The notes under the pieces are model-generated. The model saw nothing but the letters and a program-made list of their open reading frames with translations. It did no database searches and was not told the origin of the DNA. Below are positions 28,150-37,286 of a DNA stretch of 64,000 bases, one piece after another. Made by a program: the position numbers and the translations under genes. How positions within the stretch are numbered: the stretch's first letter is position 1; each line of letters begins with the position of its first letter. The DNA is from an uncultured Solirubrobacterales bacterium (GTDB lineage Bacteria; Actinomycetota; Thermoleophilia; Solirubrobacterales; 70-9). The stretch covers positions 491,371 through 555,370 of the forward strand of contig CAVXJZ010000003.1 in NCBI GenBank assembly GCA_963762205.1, read 5' to 3'.

Positions 28150-29420
28150 CCGTCTCCTCCGCCGAGCACGGTCGTCGTCGTCGATCGCTGCGGGAGCGAG
28201 ACGAGCCCGCGGTCTCCCGGCCCGCCGAAGACGACGAAATCGACCGCGCTGGGGACGTCGAGCGCCACCCCTCCTTCGAGGACGCGATTGACCCCGCAGT
28301 GCACGAAGTAGTGACCGGGCCCGAGGAGATTGGAGGCGACCGTCTCCACCCTGAAGCGCTCTCCGGCCTTGATCGGCCGGGGATTCTCGTCCCCGATCAC
28401 CGCGCGCAGCTGGCAGACGCCGATGCCGTCGCCGTTGACCAGGAGATAGCCGACGCCGAGCGCGGCGAAGTCCTCCCTGGCTTCGATCTCGACCCGGATC
28501 CGGATCTCGTCGCCGTGCTCGACCGAGCTGACCCTGCCCCCGTCGGCGTCGACGATGCGGGCGTCCAGCATTCTCACCGAGGCCGATTCGCTCGATCCTG
28601 TGGCGGCGGATGCATCCCCCGTGCCGGAGCGGTCGAAGTTGAGGCGCAGGTATCGTCGTCCGACCTCTTCGGGCTCGCCGATGTGGGCGATGCGGCCGTC
28701 GTCGATCAGCATCGCGCGATGGCAGTACTCCTCGACCGTGGCCATCTCGTGCGTGACCAGGACGATCGTCTTGCCCGCGGCTTTCATCGAGCGGAAGGCG
28801 TCCGCGCACTTCTGCTGGAAGGCGGCGTCGCCGACGGCGAGCACCTCGTCGATCAGCAGGATGTCGGCGTCGACCTCCATCAACAGCGAGAAGGCAAGGC
28901 GCACCAGCATCCCCGACGAGTAGTTCTTCAGCTTCAGGTCGACGAACTCCTCCAGTTCGGCGAAGGCCACGACGGCGTCGAGGCGACTGCGCGCCTCCTG
29001 TGGGGAGAGGCCCATCATCACCCCGTTCAGGACCACGTTCTGACGAGCGCTGAGCTCGGGGTCGAAGCCGACGCCCAGCTCGATGAACGGGGCCAGCCGC
29101 CCGGCGATGCGAATGCTCCCCGAGTCGGCGCGGTAGATGCTCGCGAGCAGCTTCAGCAGGGTGCTCTTGCCGGACCCGTTGCGGCCGACGATCCCGAAGA
29201 ACTCCCCCTGGCGGATCTCGAAGGAAATGCCGTCGAGGGCTCTGAGCTCGCGGTACTCCCGGGGGGCGAACGGCCGCGTGGCGCGCTCTTTCAGCGAGTC
29301 GATCCGGTGGGTCGGGATCCGGAACGCCTTCTCGAGCCCCTCGACCTGGATCGCCGGCGGCCGGTCGGCCAGGTCCTGCGAGGGGCCGGCTGGTGCTGTC
29401 GCGATTGGGTCGTCGGGCAT
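28146..29420 (-). CDS. wzt: Polysaccharide ABC exporter ATP-binding protein with C-terminal carbohydrate-binding-type extension
   Basis: GIVGRNGSGKSTLLK (Walker A), YSSGMLVRLAF (signature), LLIDEVLAVGD (Walker B), VTHEM (H-loop). About 150 extra C-terminal residues are beta-rich (VEHGDEIRIRVEIEA...GHYFVHCGV), like the Wzt_C domain. Confidence 0.9.
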   Translation of the reverse strand: MPDDPIATAPAGPSQDLADRPPAIQVEGLEKAFRIPTHRIDSLKERATRPFAPREYRELRALDGISFEIRQGEFFGIVGRNGSGKSTLLKLLASIYRADSGSIRIAGRLAPFIELGVGFDPELSARQNVVLNGVMMGLSPQEARSRLDAVVAFAELEEFVDLKLKNYSSGMLVRLAFSLLMEVDADILLIDEVLAVGDAAFQQKCADAFRSMKAAGKTIVLVTHEMATVEEYCHRAMLIDDGRIAHIGEPEEVGRRYLRLNFDRSGTGDASAATGSSESASVRMLDARIVDADGGRVSSVEHGDEIRIRVEIEAREDFAALGVGYLLVNGDGIGVCQLRAVIGDENPRPIKAGERFRVETVASNLLGPGHYFVHCGVNRVLEGGVALDVPSAVDFVVFGGPGDRGLVSLPQRSTTTTVLGGGDG

Positions 29421-29450
29421 CGGCGGGGCGAAGGGTAGGCGAAAGGGCCG

Positions 29451-30311
29451 CTAGCGCCCTGCGGAGCGGGATGCGGCCTTCCGCAGCCTCGAAGCCAGCC
29501 TGCGGGCCAGTCGTCGCCCGCGACCGGTGCCGGCCGGCGCAATCGGGTCCGCGGGCGGCAGCGGCGGGGCGCCCGCCTTGCGGAGGATGACGATGAACTC
29601 GATCGCCTGCCGCGCCGCCGCTTCGATGTCGAAGGCCTCCTCGAGCCGCTCGCGGCAGTGGAGGATCAGCTTCAGGAACTCAGCCTGGGTCCAGACGTGC
29701 ATGTGGATCGAGTACCGGGCCGCTTCGAGCTCGCGCGAACGCGCCTCGACCCGCTCCTCCGTGTCGCCCTCCTCGTCGACCACGAGCCGGCTCCACTCGT
29801 CGTAGTGCTCCCGCCGCGAGCGCTCCGCCCCCTGTTCGTGATCGGCGACCATGTGATCGAGCGCGGTCACCGGACGCCGATGGTCGAACGTGTGGCGCTT
29901 GTCCGGGACGGCGTAGAAGAGGATGCCCCCCGGCCTCAGTTTGCCGAGGTGGGTTCCGATCGTGCGGATCGGGTCCTCGCAGTGCTCGAGGAAGTGGTTG
30001 GCGACGATGAAGTCCTGGGACTCGTCGGGGACGGTCTCCAGGAGCTCGCCGTTGTCGATGACGTCGACGGGGGTCAGGTCCCAGTCGGCCAGCTCCGCGT
30101 ACTCGGCGCGGAGGTCGTCGACCGACATGCGGTCGACATAGCGCACGCGGGCCCGGGGCGGCACCTCGAGAGGTAGGTGGAGGGCGCCGATCTCCAGCCC
30201 CTGGCCCGCCAGGAAGCGATCGGCAAACACCCGTCGCGCATCCAGAAAGACGGGCAGAGGGTCCTCCGGGCGGGCCTTATCCTGGTCAGCCCTGCTACGG
30301 GTCGCGCTCAT
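29451..30311 (-). CDS. Class I SAM-dependent methyltransferase
   Basis: GLEIGALHLPL, FIVANHFLEHCEDP, LRPGGILFYAVPD. 286 aa. First gene of the minus-strand operon that continues into wzt-wzm. Confidence 0.7.
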   Translation of the reverse strand: MSATRSRADQDKARPEDPLPVFLDARRVFADRFLAGQGLEIGALHLPLEVPPRARVRYVDRMSVDDLRAEYAELADWDLTPVDVIDNGELLETVPDESQDFIVANHFLEHCEDPIRTIGTHLGKLRPGGILFYAVPDKRHTFDHRRPVTALDHMVADHEQGAERSRREHYDEWSRLVVDEEGDTEERVEARSRELEAARYSIHMHVWTQAEFLKLILHCRERLEEAFDIEAAARQAIEFIVILRKAGAPPLPPADPIAPAGTGRGRRLARRLASRLRKAASRSAGR

Positions 30312-30338
30312 TGCCGCAGGCTATCCGTTCGGCACCCG

Positions 30339-31280
30339 ATGACTTTCAAGACGACCGTCTACATCCCCAACCTGAACGGCCGCAGGCGACTCGTCCCGCT
30401 GCTCGAGAGCCTGCGCCGCCAGACCAGCCCGGCCGCCGTGGCGATCGTCGACAATGGATCGACCGACGGCTCGCAGGAGCTGCTGCGCGGCGACTTTCCC
30501 GAGGTCGAGCTGCTCGAGGTCGGTGAGAACGTCGGCTTCGGGCCGGCCCTGAATCGGGCCGTGCGGACGATCCCGGGGGATCCGATCGTCCTCCTCAACA
30601 ACGACGTCGTCTGCGAGCCCCGCTTCGTCGAGGCAATTCTCGAGCCGGCGGTCGCCGGGGCGGAGATGGTCGCAGGCGTCCTGCTCGCCGAGCGCGACCC
30701 CCGCCAGATCGACTCCGCCGGGGTGATCGCCGACCGGACGCTGATGGGCTTCGACTACCTCAACGGCGAGCGGCGCGAGGCGGCGGAGACGGCGCCGCCG
30801 CCGCTCGGCCCCAGCGGCGGGGCGGCGCTCTTCGCGCGGGCGGCATTCGACGCCGTCGGCGGCTTCGACGAGCGGATCTTTCTCTACTACGAGGACCTCG
30901 ACCTCGCCCTGCGCCTGCGCGCGGCCGGCGCCCGCTGCGAGCTGGCGCCGGCCGCCGGGGCCGTGCACGCCTACTCGCAGACGCTGGGTGCCGCGAGCGG
31001 TGCCAAGTACGCCCGCACCGGCTGGTCCCGCGGCTACATGCTGCGCCGCTACGGGGTGATGGGCAGGCCACAGGACGCGCTGCGGGTGCTGGCCGCGGAG
31101 GGCGTTATCTGCGCCGGGCAGATCGTCCGCGACCGCACCGCGGCGGGGCTGGCCGGGCGGCTGCGCGGCTGGCGCGACGCGGGCGGCCTGCCGCGCCGGC
31201 AGGCCGGCGCCGAGGGCCTCAGCGAGCTCGGCCTGGGCGAGGCGCTGGCTCTGCGCCGAGCCAGGCGCGGGCCGCGCTGA
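30339..31280 (+). CDS. GT2 glycosyltransferase (rhamnosyltransferase-like)
   Basis: ORF 30177..31280 was trimmed to the ATG at 30339 (MTFKTTVYIPNLNG). IVDNGSTDGS, NVGFGPALN, LLNNDV, YYEDLDLALR. Confidence 0.75.
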   Translation: MTFKTTVYIPNLNGRRRLVPLLESLRRQTSPAAVAIVDNGSTDGSQELLRGDFPEVELLEVGENVGFGPALNRAVRTIPGDPIVLLNNDVVCEPRFVEAILEPAVAGAEMVAGVLLAERDPRQIDSAGVIADRTLMGFDYLNGERREAAETAPPPLGPSGGAALFARAAFDAVGGFDERIFLYYEDLDLALRLRAAGARCELAPAAGAVHAYSQTLGAASGAKYARTGWSRGYMLRRYGVMGRPQDALRVLAAEGVICAGQIVRDRTAAGLAGRLRGWRDAGGLPRRQAGAEGLSELGLGEALALRRARRGPR

Positions 31281-32208
31281 GGTCGCCCGCGGCGGCCAGC
31301 TCGCGCCGCTCACGGCGCAGCGCGGGCAGGCGGCGGAGCCCTTCGAGCTTGCCGCGCGCGGTCGCCGCGAATCGGCGCCGGGCGACGCTTCGCGCCAGCG
31401 CACCCGCCTCCACGGCGAGGATGCGGGGGATCGCCGCCGCCGGCATGAACTTGATCTGGGTGGCGAGTCGGTTGCGGGCGACGAGGCGGGCGTTCTCGGC
31501 GCTCGGCCGGGAGAAGCCCGCCTGCCAGACGGCGTTGCCGACGTGCCAGACGATGGACTCGGGCACCATCTCGAAGCGCCAGCCGGCGACCCGCGCACGC
31601 ACGTTGAGGTCGACGTCCTCGCAGAAGGAGACGTAGCTCTCGTCGTAGCCGCCGAGCTCGACGAAGAGATCGCGGCGCAGCAGGCAGGCGGCGCCACAGA
31701 CCCCGAACGGCTCGCTGCGGCTTCGGATCGCCGGGCCGTTCGCCCTGCCCGCGGCGACCTCGAGCCCGCGCCCGTCGCGGGTCAGCGACTGCCCGGCGCT
31801 GTAGACGCGGGCCGCGGACGGGTCCCTTTCCTCCACACGATCCAGCTGCAGGATCAGCGGCTGGACACCGCCCAGTCCGGGGTCGTCCTGGAGTGCGTCG
31901 AGCAGGGGGCGCAGGCAGTCGGGCTCGAGCACCGTGTCGGCATTGAGGACGAGCACCGCGTCGGACGCGGTGCGGGCGGCGCCGAGGTTGACGGCGGCGG
32001 CGAAACCCGTGTTGGACGGGAGGGCGACGTGGCTGACCCGCTCGCGCTCGAGCCAGGCGACGGAGCCGTCCGTCGAGCCGTTGTCGACGACGATCGGCTC
32101 GACCTCGACGCCGCGGCCGGCCGCCTCCAGCGAAGCGAGGCAGCGCCTCAGGTGCTCGAGCGAGTCCCAGTTCGGGATCACCACCGCGACGGATTGAGAG
32201 CCTCTCAC
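31219..32208 (-). CDS. GT2 glycosyltransferase
   Basis: ORF 31219..33162 was trimmed to the GTG at 32208 (GTG 32220 also possible). VAVVIPNWDS, VVDNGSTDGS, NTGFAAAVN, LNADT, FCEDVDLNVR. The upstream ORF part is antisense to rmlA. Confidence 0.7.
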   Translation of the reverse strand: MRGSQSVAVVIPNWDSLEHLRRCLASLEAAGRGVEVEPIVVDNGSTDGSVAWLERERVSHVALPSNTGFAAAVNLGAARTASDAVLVLNADTVLEPDCLRPLLDALQDDPGLGGVQPLILQLDRVEERDPSAARVYSAGQSLTRDGRGLEVAAGRANGPAIRSRSEPFGVCGAACLLRRDLFVELGGYDESYVSFCEDVDLNVRARVAGWRFEMVPESIVWHVGNAVWQAGFSRPSAENARLVARNRLATQIKFMPAAAIPRILAVEAGALARSVARRRFAATARGKLEGLRRLPALRRERRELAAAGDLSAARAWLGAEPAPRPGRAR

Positions 32209-32235
32209 CGGGGGAGGCACGATAGCTTCCCCACG

Positions 32236-33315
32236 ATGCAAGAGCTGAAGGGATTGATCCTCTCCGGCGGGGCCGGGACGCGACTGCGCCCGATCACCCA
32301 CACCTCGGCCAAGCAGCTCGTGCCGGTCGCCAACAAACCGGTCCTCTTCTACGGGATCGAGGCGCTGGTCGAGGCCGGGGTCACCGAGATCGGGATCATC
32401 ATCGCGCCCGAGACCGGCGAGGAGATCCGCGAGACGGCCGGCGACGGCTCCGCCTTCGGGGCGAGCATCACCTACATCCTCCAGGACGAGCCCGCCGGCC
32501 TCGCCCACGCGGTGCTCACCGCCGAGGAGTTCATCGGCGACTCGCCCTTCGTCATGTACCTCGGCGACAACCTGCTGCGCGATGGGCTGCGGGGGCTGGT
32601 CACGACCTTCCGCGAGGAGGGGCCCGACGCGCTGATCCTGCTCACCTCGGTCGAGGACCCCGAGCACTACGGCGTCGCCGAGCTCGACGGCGACGGGGGG
32701 ATCGTGCGCCTGATCGAGAAGCCCAAAAACCCGCCCTCGGACCTCGCCCTCGTCGGCGTCTATCTCTTCGGCCCGGCGATCTTCGACGCCGCCCGCGCGC
32801 TCGAGCCGTCCTGGCGGGGCGAGCTCGAGATCACCGAGGCGATCCAGGGGCTGATCGACGACGGCCATCGGGTCCGCTCGGAGGTCGTCACCGGCTGGTG
32901 GAAGGACACCGGGCAGCTTGCCGACATGCTCGAGGCGAACCGCCTCGTGCTCGAGGAGCTGGAGACGAGCCTCGAGGGTGAGATCGACGACCAGTCCCGG
33001 GTCGAGGGCCGCGTCGTGATCGGCGCCGGCGCCACGGTCCGCGGCTCGGTCGTCCGTGGGCCGGCGGTGATCGGCGCCGGCGCGACCATCGAGGGCTCCT
33101 TCATCGGCCCCTACACCTCGATCGGCGACGAGGTCCGCATCTGTCGCTCGGAGGTCGAGCACTCGATCATCCTCGCCGGGTCGGTGGTCGAGGACCTCGG
33201 CACCCGCATGGAGGCCAGCCTCCTGGGCCGTAACGTGAAGCTGACCCGCAGCGAAGGGATGCCGAAGACGTTCCGCCTGTTGGTCGGGGACAACTCGGAG
33301 ATCGAACTGGTCTGA
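32236..33315 (+). CDS. rmlA: Glucose-1-phosphate thymidylyltransferase (long form with LbH C-terminal domain)
   Basis: The ATG at 32236 within ORF 31543..33315. MQELKGLILSGGAGTRLRPITHTSAKQLVPVANKP, GLAHAV, YGVAE, EITEAIQ, then hexapeptide-like repeats (VIGAGATVRGSVV...). Confidence 0.9.
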   Translation: MQELKGLILSGGAGTRLRPITHTSAKQLVPVANKPVLFYGIEALVEAGVTEIGIIIAPETGEEIRETAGDGSAFGASITYILQDEPAGLAHAVLTAEEFIGDSPFVMYLGDNLLRDGLRGLVTTFREEGPDALILLTSVEDPEHYGVAELDGDGGIVRLIEKPKNPPSDLALVGVYLFGPAIFDAARALEPSWRGELEITEAIQGLIDDGHRVRSEVVTGWWKDTGQLADMLEANRLVLEELETSLEGEIDDQSRVEGRVVIGAGATVRGSVVRGPAVIGAGATIEGSFIGPYTSIGDEVRICRSEVEHSIILAGSVVEDLGTRMEASLLGRNVKLTRSEGMPKTFRLLVGDNSEIELV

Positions 33316-34166
33316 TGAAGCTGCTGGTCACAGGGGCCGCCGGGATGCTCGGCCGCGACGTGATGCTGGCCGCGGGCAACGCCGGCCACGACGTCGTCGG
33401 CTTCGGCCACAACGAGCTCGACGTGACCGACGACGCCTCCGTCCAGGGCAAGCTCGACGCCGAGCGCCCCGACGTCGTGATCAACTGCGCCGCCTGGACC
33501 GACGTCGACGGCGCCGAGGAGGCCGAGGTGGCGGCGATGGCCGTCAACGGGACCGCCGCCGGCCGGATCGCCGCCGCGGCCGCCGCGGTCGGCGCCAGCG
33601 TCGTCTACGTCTCCTCCGACTACGTCTTCGACGGCACCAAGGGCGCCCCCTACGTGGAGGGCGACCAGCCCGCCCCGCTCTCCGCCTACGGGCGCACCAA
33701 GCTCGCCGGGGAGGAGGCGACGGCGGCGGCCAACCCGCGCCATTTCGTCGTCCGCTCCTCATGGCTCTTCGGCACCGGCGGCGGCAACTTCGTCGAGACG
33801 ATGCTGCGGCTCGCGGCCGACCACGGCGAGGTCCTCGTCGTCCACGACCAGGTCGGCTCGCCGACCTACACCTGGCACCTCGCCTACGGCATCGTCCGCC
33901 TGATCGAGGGGCTCGAGCACGGCATCCACCACATGGCCGCCGCAGGGTCCTGCTCCTGGTACGAGTTCGCCCGCGAGATATTCGAGCAGGCCGGGGTCGA
34001 GTGCAAGGTGCTCTCGGCGACGACGGAGATGCTCGGCCGTCCGGCGCCGCGCCCGGCGATCTCGGCCCTGGCCAGCCAGCGCGAGCACGCGATCGAGCTG
34101 CCCGGCTGGCAGGACGGGCTCGCCGGCTACCTGGCCCAGCGGGCGAGCGAGAGGGAGGCGGCATGA
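33315..34166 (+). CDS. rmlD: dTDP-4-dehydrorhamnose reductase
   Basis: MKLLVTGAAGMLG, INCAAWTDVDGAE, YVSSDYVFDG, SAYGRTKLAGE, VVRSSWLFG. The start overlaps the rmlA stop (TGATG). Confidence 0.9.
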   Translation: MKLLVTGAAGMLGRDVMLAAGNAGHDVVGFGHNELDVTDDASVQGKLDAERPDVVINCAAWTDVDGAEEAEVAAMAVNGTAAGRIAAAAAAVGASVVYVSSDYVFDGTKGAPYVEGDQPAPLSAYGRTKLAGEEATAAANPRHFVVRSSWLFGTGGGNFVETMLRLAADHGEVLVVHDQVGSPTYTWHLAYGIVRLIEGLEHGIHHMAAAGSCSWYEFAREIFEQAGVECKVLSATTEMLGRPAPRPAISALASQREHAIELPGWQDGLAGYLAQRASEREAA

Positions 34167-35146
34167 GGCTGCTGGTCACCGGGGCCGCCGGCTTCATCGG
34201 CTCGAGCTACGTGCGCCTGGCCGGCGAGGAGCACGAGGTGAAGGTCCTCGACAAGCTCACCTACGCGGGCCGGCGCGAGAACCTCCCCGACGAGGTCGAG
34301 CTCGTGGTCGGGGCGATCGAGGACCCGCTTGTCGTGCGCGAGGCGATGGAGGGTTGCGACGCGGTCGTCAACTTCGCCGCCGAGTCGCACGTCGACCGCT
34401 CGATCGACGACCAGGACGCCTTCGCCCGCACCCACGTGATCGGCACCGGCGTCCTGCTCGACGCCGCTCGCGAGCTCGGCGTCTCCCGCTACCTGCAGGT
34501 CTCCACCGACGAGGTCTACGGATCGATCGAGTCGGGCTCCTTCACCGAGAGCTCGCCGCTCGACCCCTCCTCGCCCTACTCGGCGACGAAGGCGGCCGGC
34601 GACCTGCTCGTGTCCGCCCACGCCCACACCTACGGGATCGAGGCGGTGATCTGCCGTGGCTCCAACAATTACGGCCCGCGCCAGTACCCGGAGAAGCTGA
34701 TCCCGCTGATGGTCCTCAATGCGATCCACGGCGACCCGCTGCCGGTCTACGGCGACGGCCGCCAGGTTCGCAACTGGCTCTATGTGGAGGACTTCTGCCG
34801 CGGGATCCACACGGTCCTGCTCGACGGCCGCCCCGGCGAGGCCTACAACGTCGGCGGGCCCGACGAGTGCGAGAACATCGAGGTGATCAGGCGGGTGATC
34901 GAGCTGACCGGCGCCGAGGAGTCGCTGATCGAGCACGTCACCGACCGTCCCGGCCACGACCGCCGCTACTCGCTCGGCTCCGAGAAGATCCGCTCCGAGC
35001 TCGGCTGGGAGGCCCGGGTCCATTTCGAGGAGGGCCTCGAGCGCACCGTGGAGTGGTACCGGGAAAACCAGGAGTGGTGGGGGCCGATCCGCTCCGGCGA
35101 GTACCGCGAGTACTACGAAAAACAGTACGGCCGGGCGCTCGGCTAG
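34163..35146 (+). CDS. rmlB: dTDP-glucose 4,6-dehydratase
   Basis: The ATG at 34163 (ATGA overlap with rmlD). LLVTGAAGFIGS, NFAAESHVDRS, VSTDEVYG, SPYSATKAAGD, DGRQVRNWLYVED, DRPGHDRRY. Confidence 0.95.
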   Translation: MRLLVTGAAGFIGSSYVRLAGEEHEVKVLDKLTYAGRRENLPDEVELVVGAIEDPLVVREAMEGCDAVVNFAAESHVDRSIDDQDAFARTHVIGTGVLLDAARELGVSRYLQVSTDEVYGSIESGSFTESSPLDPSSPYSATKAAGDLLVSAHAHTYGIEAVICRGSNNYGPRQYPEKLIPLMVLNAIHGDPLPVYGDGRQVRNWLYVEDFCRGIHTVLLDGRPGEAYNVGGPDECENIEVIRRVIELTGAEESLIEHVTDRPGHDRRYSLGSEKIRSELGWEARVHFEEGLERTVEWYRENQEWWGPIRSGEYREYYEKQYGRALG

Positions 35147-35147
35147 C

Positions 35148-36029
35148 TCAGGCGAAGCTGCGGCGGGCGATCGCCGAGCGCAGCGCCGAGATCGCCAGTT
35201 TGGCGAAGATGGCGACGTAGATCGCGAGATCGAGCAGGGGGTTGTCGCCGGCGTAGAACTTGCGGTAGAAGCGCCCCATCGAGCGGTGGAAGGCGAGGTT
35301 GTGGCGCCAGCCGCGGTGGCTCTTCCTCTTCGTCGTGCCGCCCTTGACGTGCATGCTCGACACGCGGCCGTCGTAGACGACCTTCCAGCCCCTCTGCTTG
35401 AAGCGATAGCACCAGTCGAGGTCGTCCATGTAGAGCCAGTAGCCCTCGTCGAGCAGGCCGACCTCGTCCATCGCGGTCCTGCGGATCAGCATGTAGGCGC
35501 CGTTGACCGCGTCGACCTCGCCCAGCTCGAGCTCGCCCAGCTCCGGGGCCCTGTACTGGGCGAGCCGCGAGCCGAGCCGGTCGCCGACGCCGAGGAAGTG
35601 GGCGAGCGAGCCGAGCGGCGTCGGGAAGGAGCGCTTCGAGGCGTGGTCGAGGGTGCCGTCGCGCTGCTCGAGCCGGCAGCTCGACATCCCGATCGCGGGA
35701 TCGGCCTCCATCAGCTCCATCATGTGGTCGAGCGACCCCGGGTAGATCTCGGTGTCGGGGTTGAGGACGAGGACGTAGGGGGCCTCGACCTCGCGCAGGG
35801 CGATGTTGTTGGCGACGCAGAATCCCGAGTTCCAGTCGAGTGCGTGCAGCTTCACCTCCGGGAACTCCTCGCGGACCATCTCCGGCGTCCCGTCGGCGCT
35901 CGCGTTGTCGACCACGTGGACGAGCGTCTCGCCGCCGCCGTAGGGGTTCTCGCGGAGGCTGCGCAGGCAGGCCCGGAGCAGGTCCCTGGCACCGGTGGAG
36001 GAGACGATCACGATCTCCAGAGAGGACAT
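35148..36029 (-). CDS. GT2 glycosyltransferase
   Basis: ORF 35148..37226 was trimmed to the ATG at 36029 (MSSLEIVIVSSTG). VVDNASADGT, NSGFCVANN, LNPDTE, YMDDLDWCYR. The upstream ORF part is an Arg-rich antisense of lhgO. Confidence 0.75.
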   Translation of the reverse strand: MSSLEIVIVSSTGARDLLRACLRSLRENPYGGGETLVHVVDNASADGTPEMVREEFPEVKLHALDWNSGFCVANNIALREVEAPYVLVLNPDTEIYPGSLDHMMELMEADPAIGMSSCRLEQRDGTLDHASKRSFPTPLGSLAHFLGVGDRLGSRLAQYRAPELGELELGEVDAVNGAYMLIRRTAMDEVGLLDEGYWLYMDDLDWCYRFKQRGWKVVYDGRVSSMHVKGGTTKRKSHRGWRHNLAFHRSMGRFYRKFYAGDNPLLDLAIYVAIFAKLAISALRSAIARRSFA

Positions 36030-36055
36030 CGAAGTAGCGTATCCGAGGGAAATTC

Positions 36056-37234
36056 GTGGTCGAAAGATGCGACACCGCGGTGGTGGGAGGGGGGATTCTC
36101 GGCCTCGCCGTCGCCCGCGAGCTCTCCCGGCGCCGGCCCCGGGAGAGGGTCTGCGTGCTCGAGAGGGAGGCGCGGCCGGGCGTCCACCAGACCGGCCACA
36201 ACTCAGGCGTGATCCACGCCGGCATCTACTACGCGCCCGGCTCGCTGAAGGCGCGGCTCTGCGTCGAGGGCGCGGCGCGCATGTACGAGTACTGCGAGGA
36301 GAGGGGGATCCCGTTCGAGAGGTGCGGCAAGCTGATCGTCGCCACCGACCCGTCCGAGGTGCGCGGCCTCGACGAGCTCGAGCGCCGCGGCCGCGCCAAC
36401 GGGGTCGAGGGCCTGCGGCGGGTCGACGCCGCCGGCCTCGCGGAGATCGAGCCGCGGGCGACCGGGGTCGCCGCCCTGCACAGCCCGAACACGGGCATCG
36501 TCGACTTCGGCGCCGTCGCCGCGGCCTTCGCCGACGATCTGCGTGCGGCCGGTGGCTCGCTCGAGCTCGGCCGTGAGGTGCTCGGCCTGGAGGCGTCCTC
36601 GCGCCGCCTCCTGGTCCGCCACGCGGAGGGCGAGCTCGAGGCCGGGCAGGCGATCTGCTGCGCCGGCGCCTGGTCGGACCGCCTGGCGGTCGCCGCCGGG
36701 GCCGATCCCGACCCCCGCATCGTCCCCTTCCGAGGCGCCTACCTGAAGCTGGCGCCGGGGCGGCAGGAACTGGTCCGCTCGCTGATCTACCCCGTGCCCG
36801 ACCCCTCGCTTCCCTTCCTCGGCGTCCACCTGACCAGGAACGTCGACGGCGAGGTGCTGATCGGCCCGACCGCGCTGCTGGGCACCGCCGGCCTCGGCCG
36901 CACCCTCGCCTGGCCGGGATCCTGGCGCATGTTCCGCCGTTGGTGGCGCACCGGCGCCACCGAGCTGCTCCACGCCGTCTCGCGGCGCTCCCTCGTCGCC
37001 GCGGCGGCCCGCTACGTCCCCGAGCTGCGCGCCGCCGACGTCGTCCCCGCCTTCGCCGGCGTGCGTGCCCAGGCGGTCGCCCGCGACGGGCGCCTCGTCG
37101 ACGACTTCGTCTTCTCCGCCACCGATCGCGCCCTCCACGTCCGCAACGCTCCCTCGCCCGCGGCGACCTCGTCGCTGGCGATCGCCGCCCACGTCGCCGA
37201 CGAGGCCGAACGCCGGCTCCTACCACCGCTCTGA
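36056..37234 (+). CDS. lhgO: L-2-hydroxyglutarate oxidase/dehydrogenase (FAD-dependent)
   Basis: AVVGGGILGLA (FAD), HQTGHNSGVIHAGIYYAPGSLKA, CGKLIVAT, PFRGAYLKLAP, LIYPVPDPSLPFLGVHLTR, AGVRAQAV..DGRLVDDF, NAPSPAATSS. These align along the whole length with my recollection of E. coli LhgO (YgaF). Confidence 0.85.
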   Translation: MVERCDTAVVGGGILGLAVARELSRRRPRERVCVLEREARPGVHQTGHNSGVIHAGIYYAPGSLKARLCVEGAARMYEYCEERGIPFERCGKLIVATDPSEVRGLDELERRGRANGVEGLRRVDAAGLAEIEPRATGVAALHSPNTGIVDFGAVAAAFADDLRAAGGSLELGREVLGLEASSRRLLVRHAEGELEAGQAICCAGAWSDRLAVAAGADPDPRIVPFRGAYLKLAPGRQELVRSLIYPVPDPSLPFLGVHLTRNVDGEVLIGPTALLGTAGLGRTLAWPGSWRMFRRWWRTGATELLHAVSRRSLVAAAARYVPELRAADVVPAFAGVRAQAVARDGRLVDDFVFSATDRALHVRNAPSPAATSSLAIAAHVADEAERRLLPPL

Positions 37235-37286
37235 CGCTTGACCCTGCTATCGCATGGTCAAAGTCCGAAGCGGCCGGGCGAGCGCC

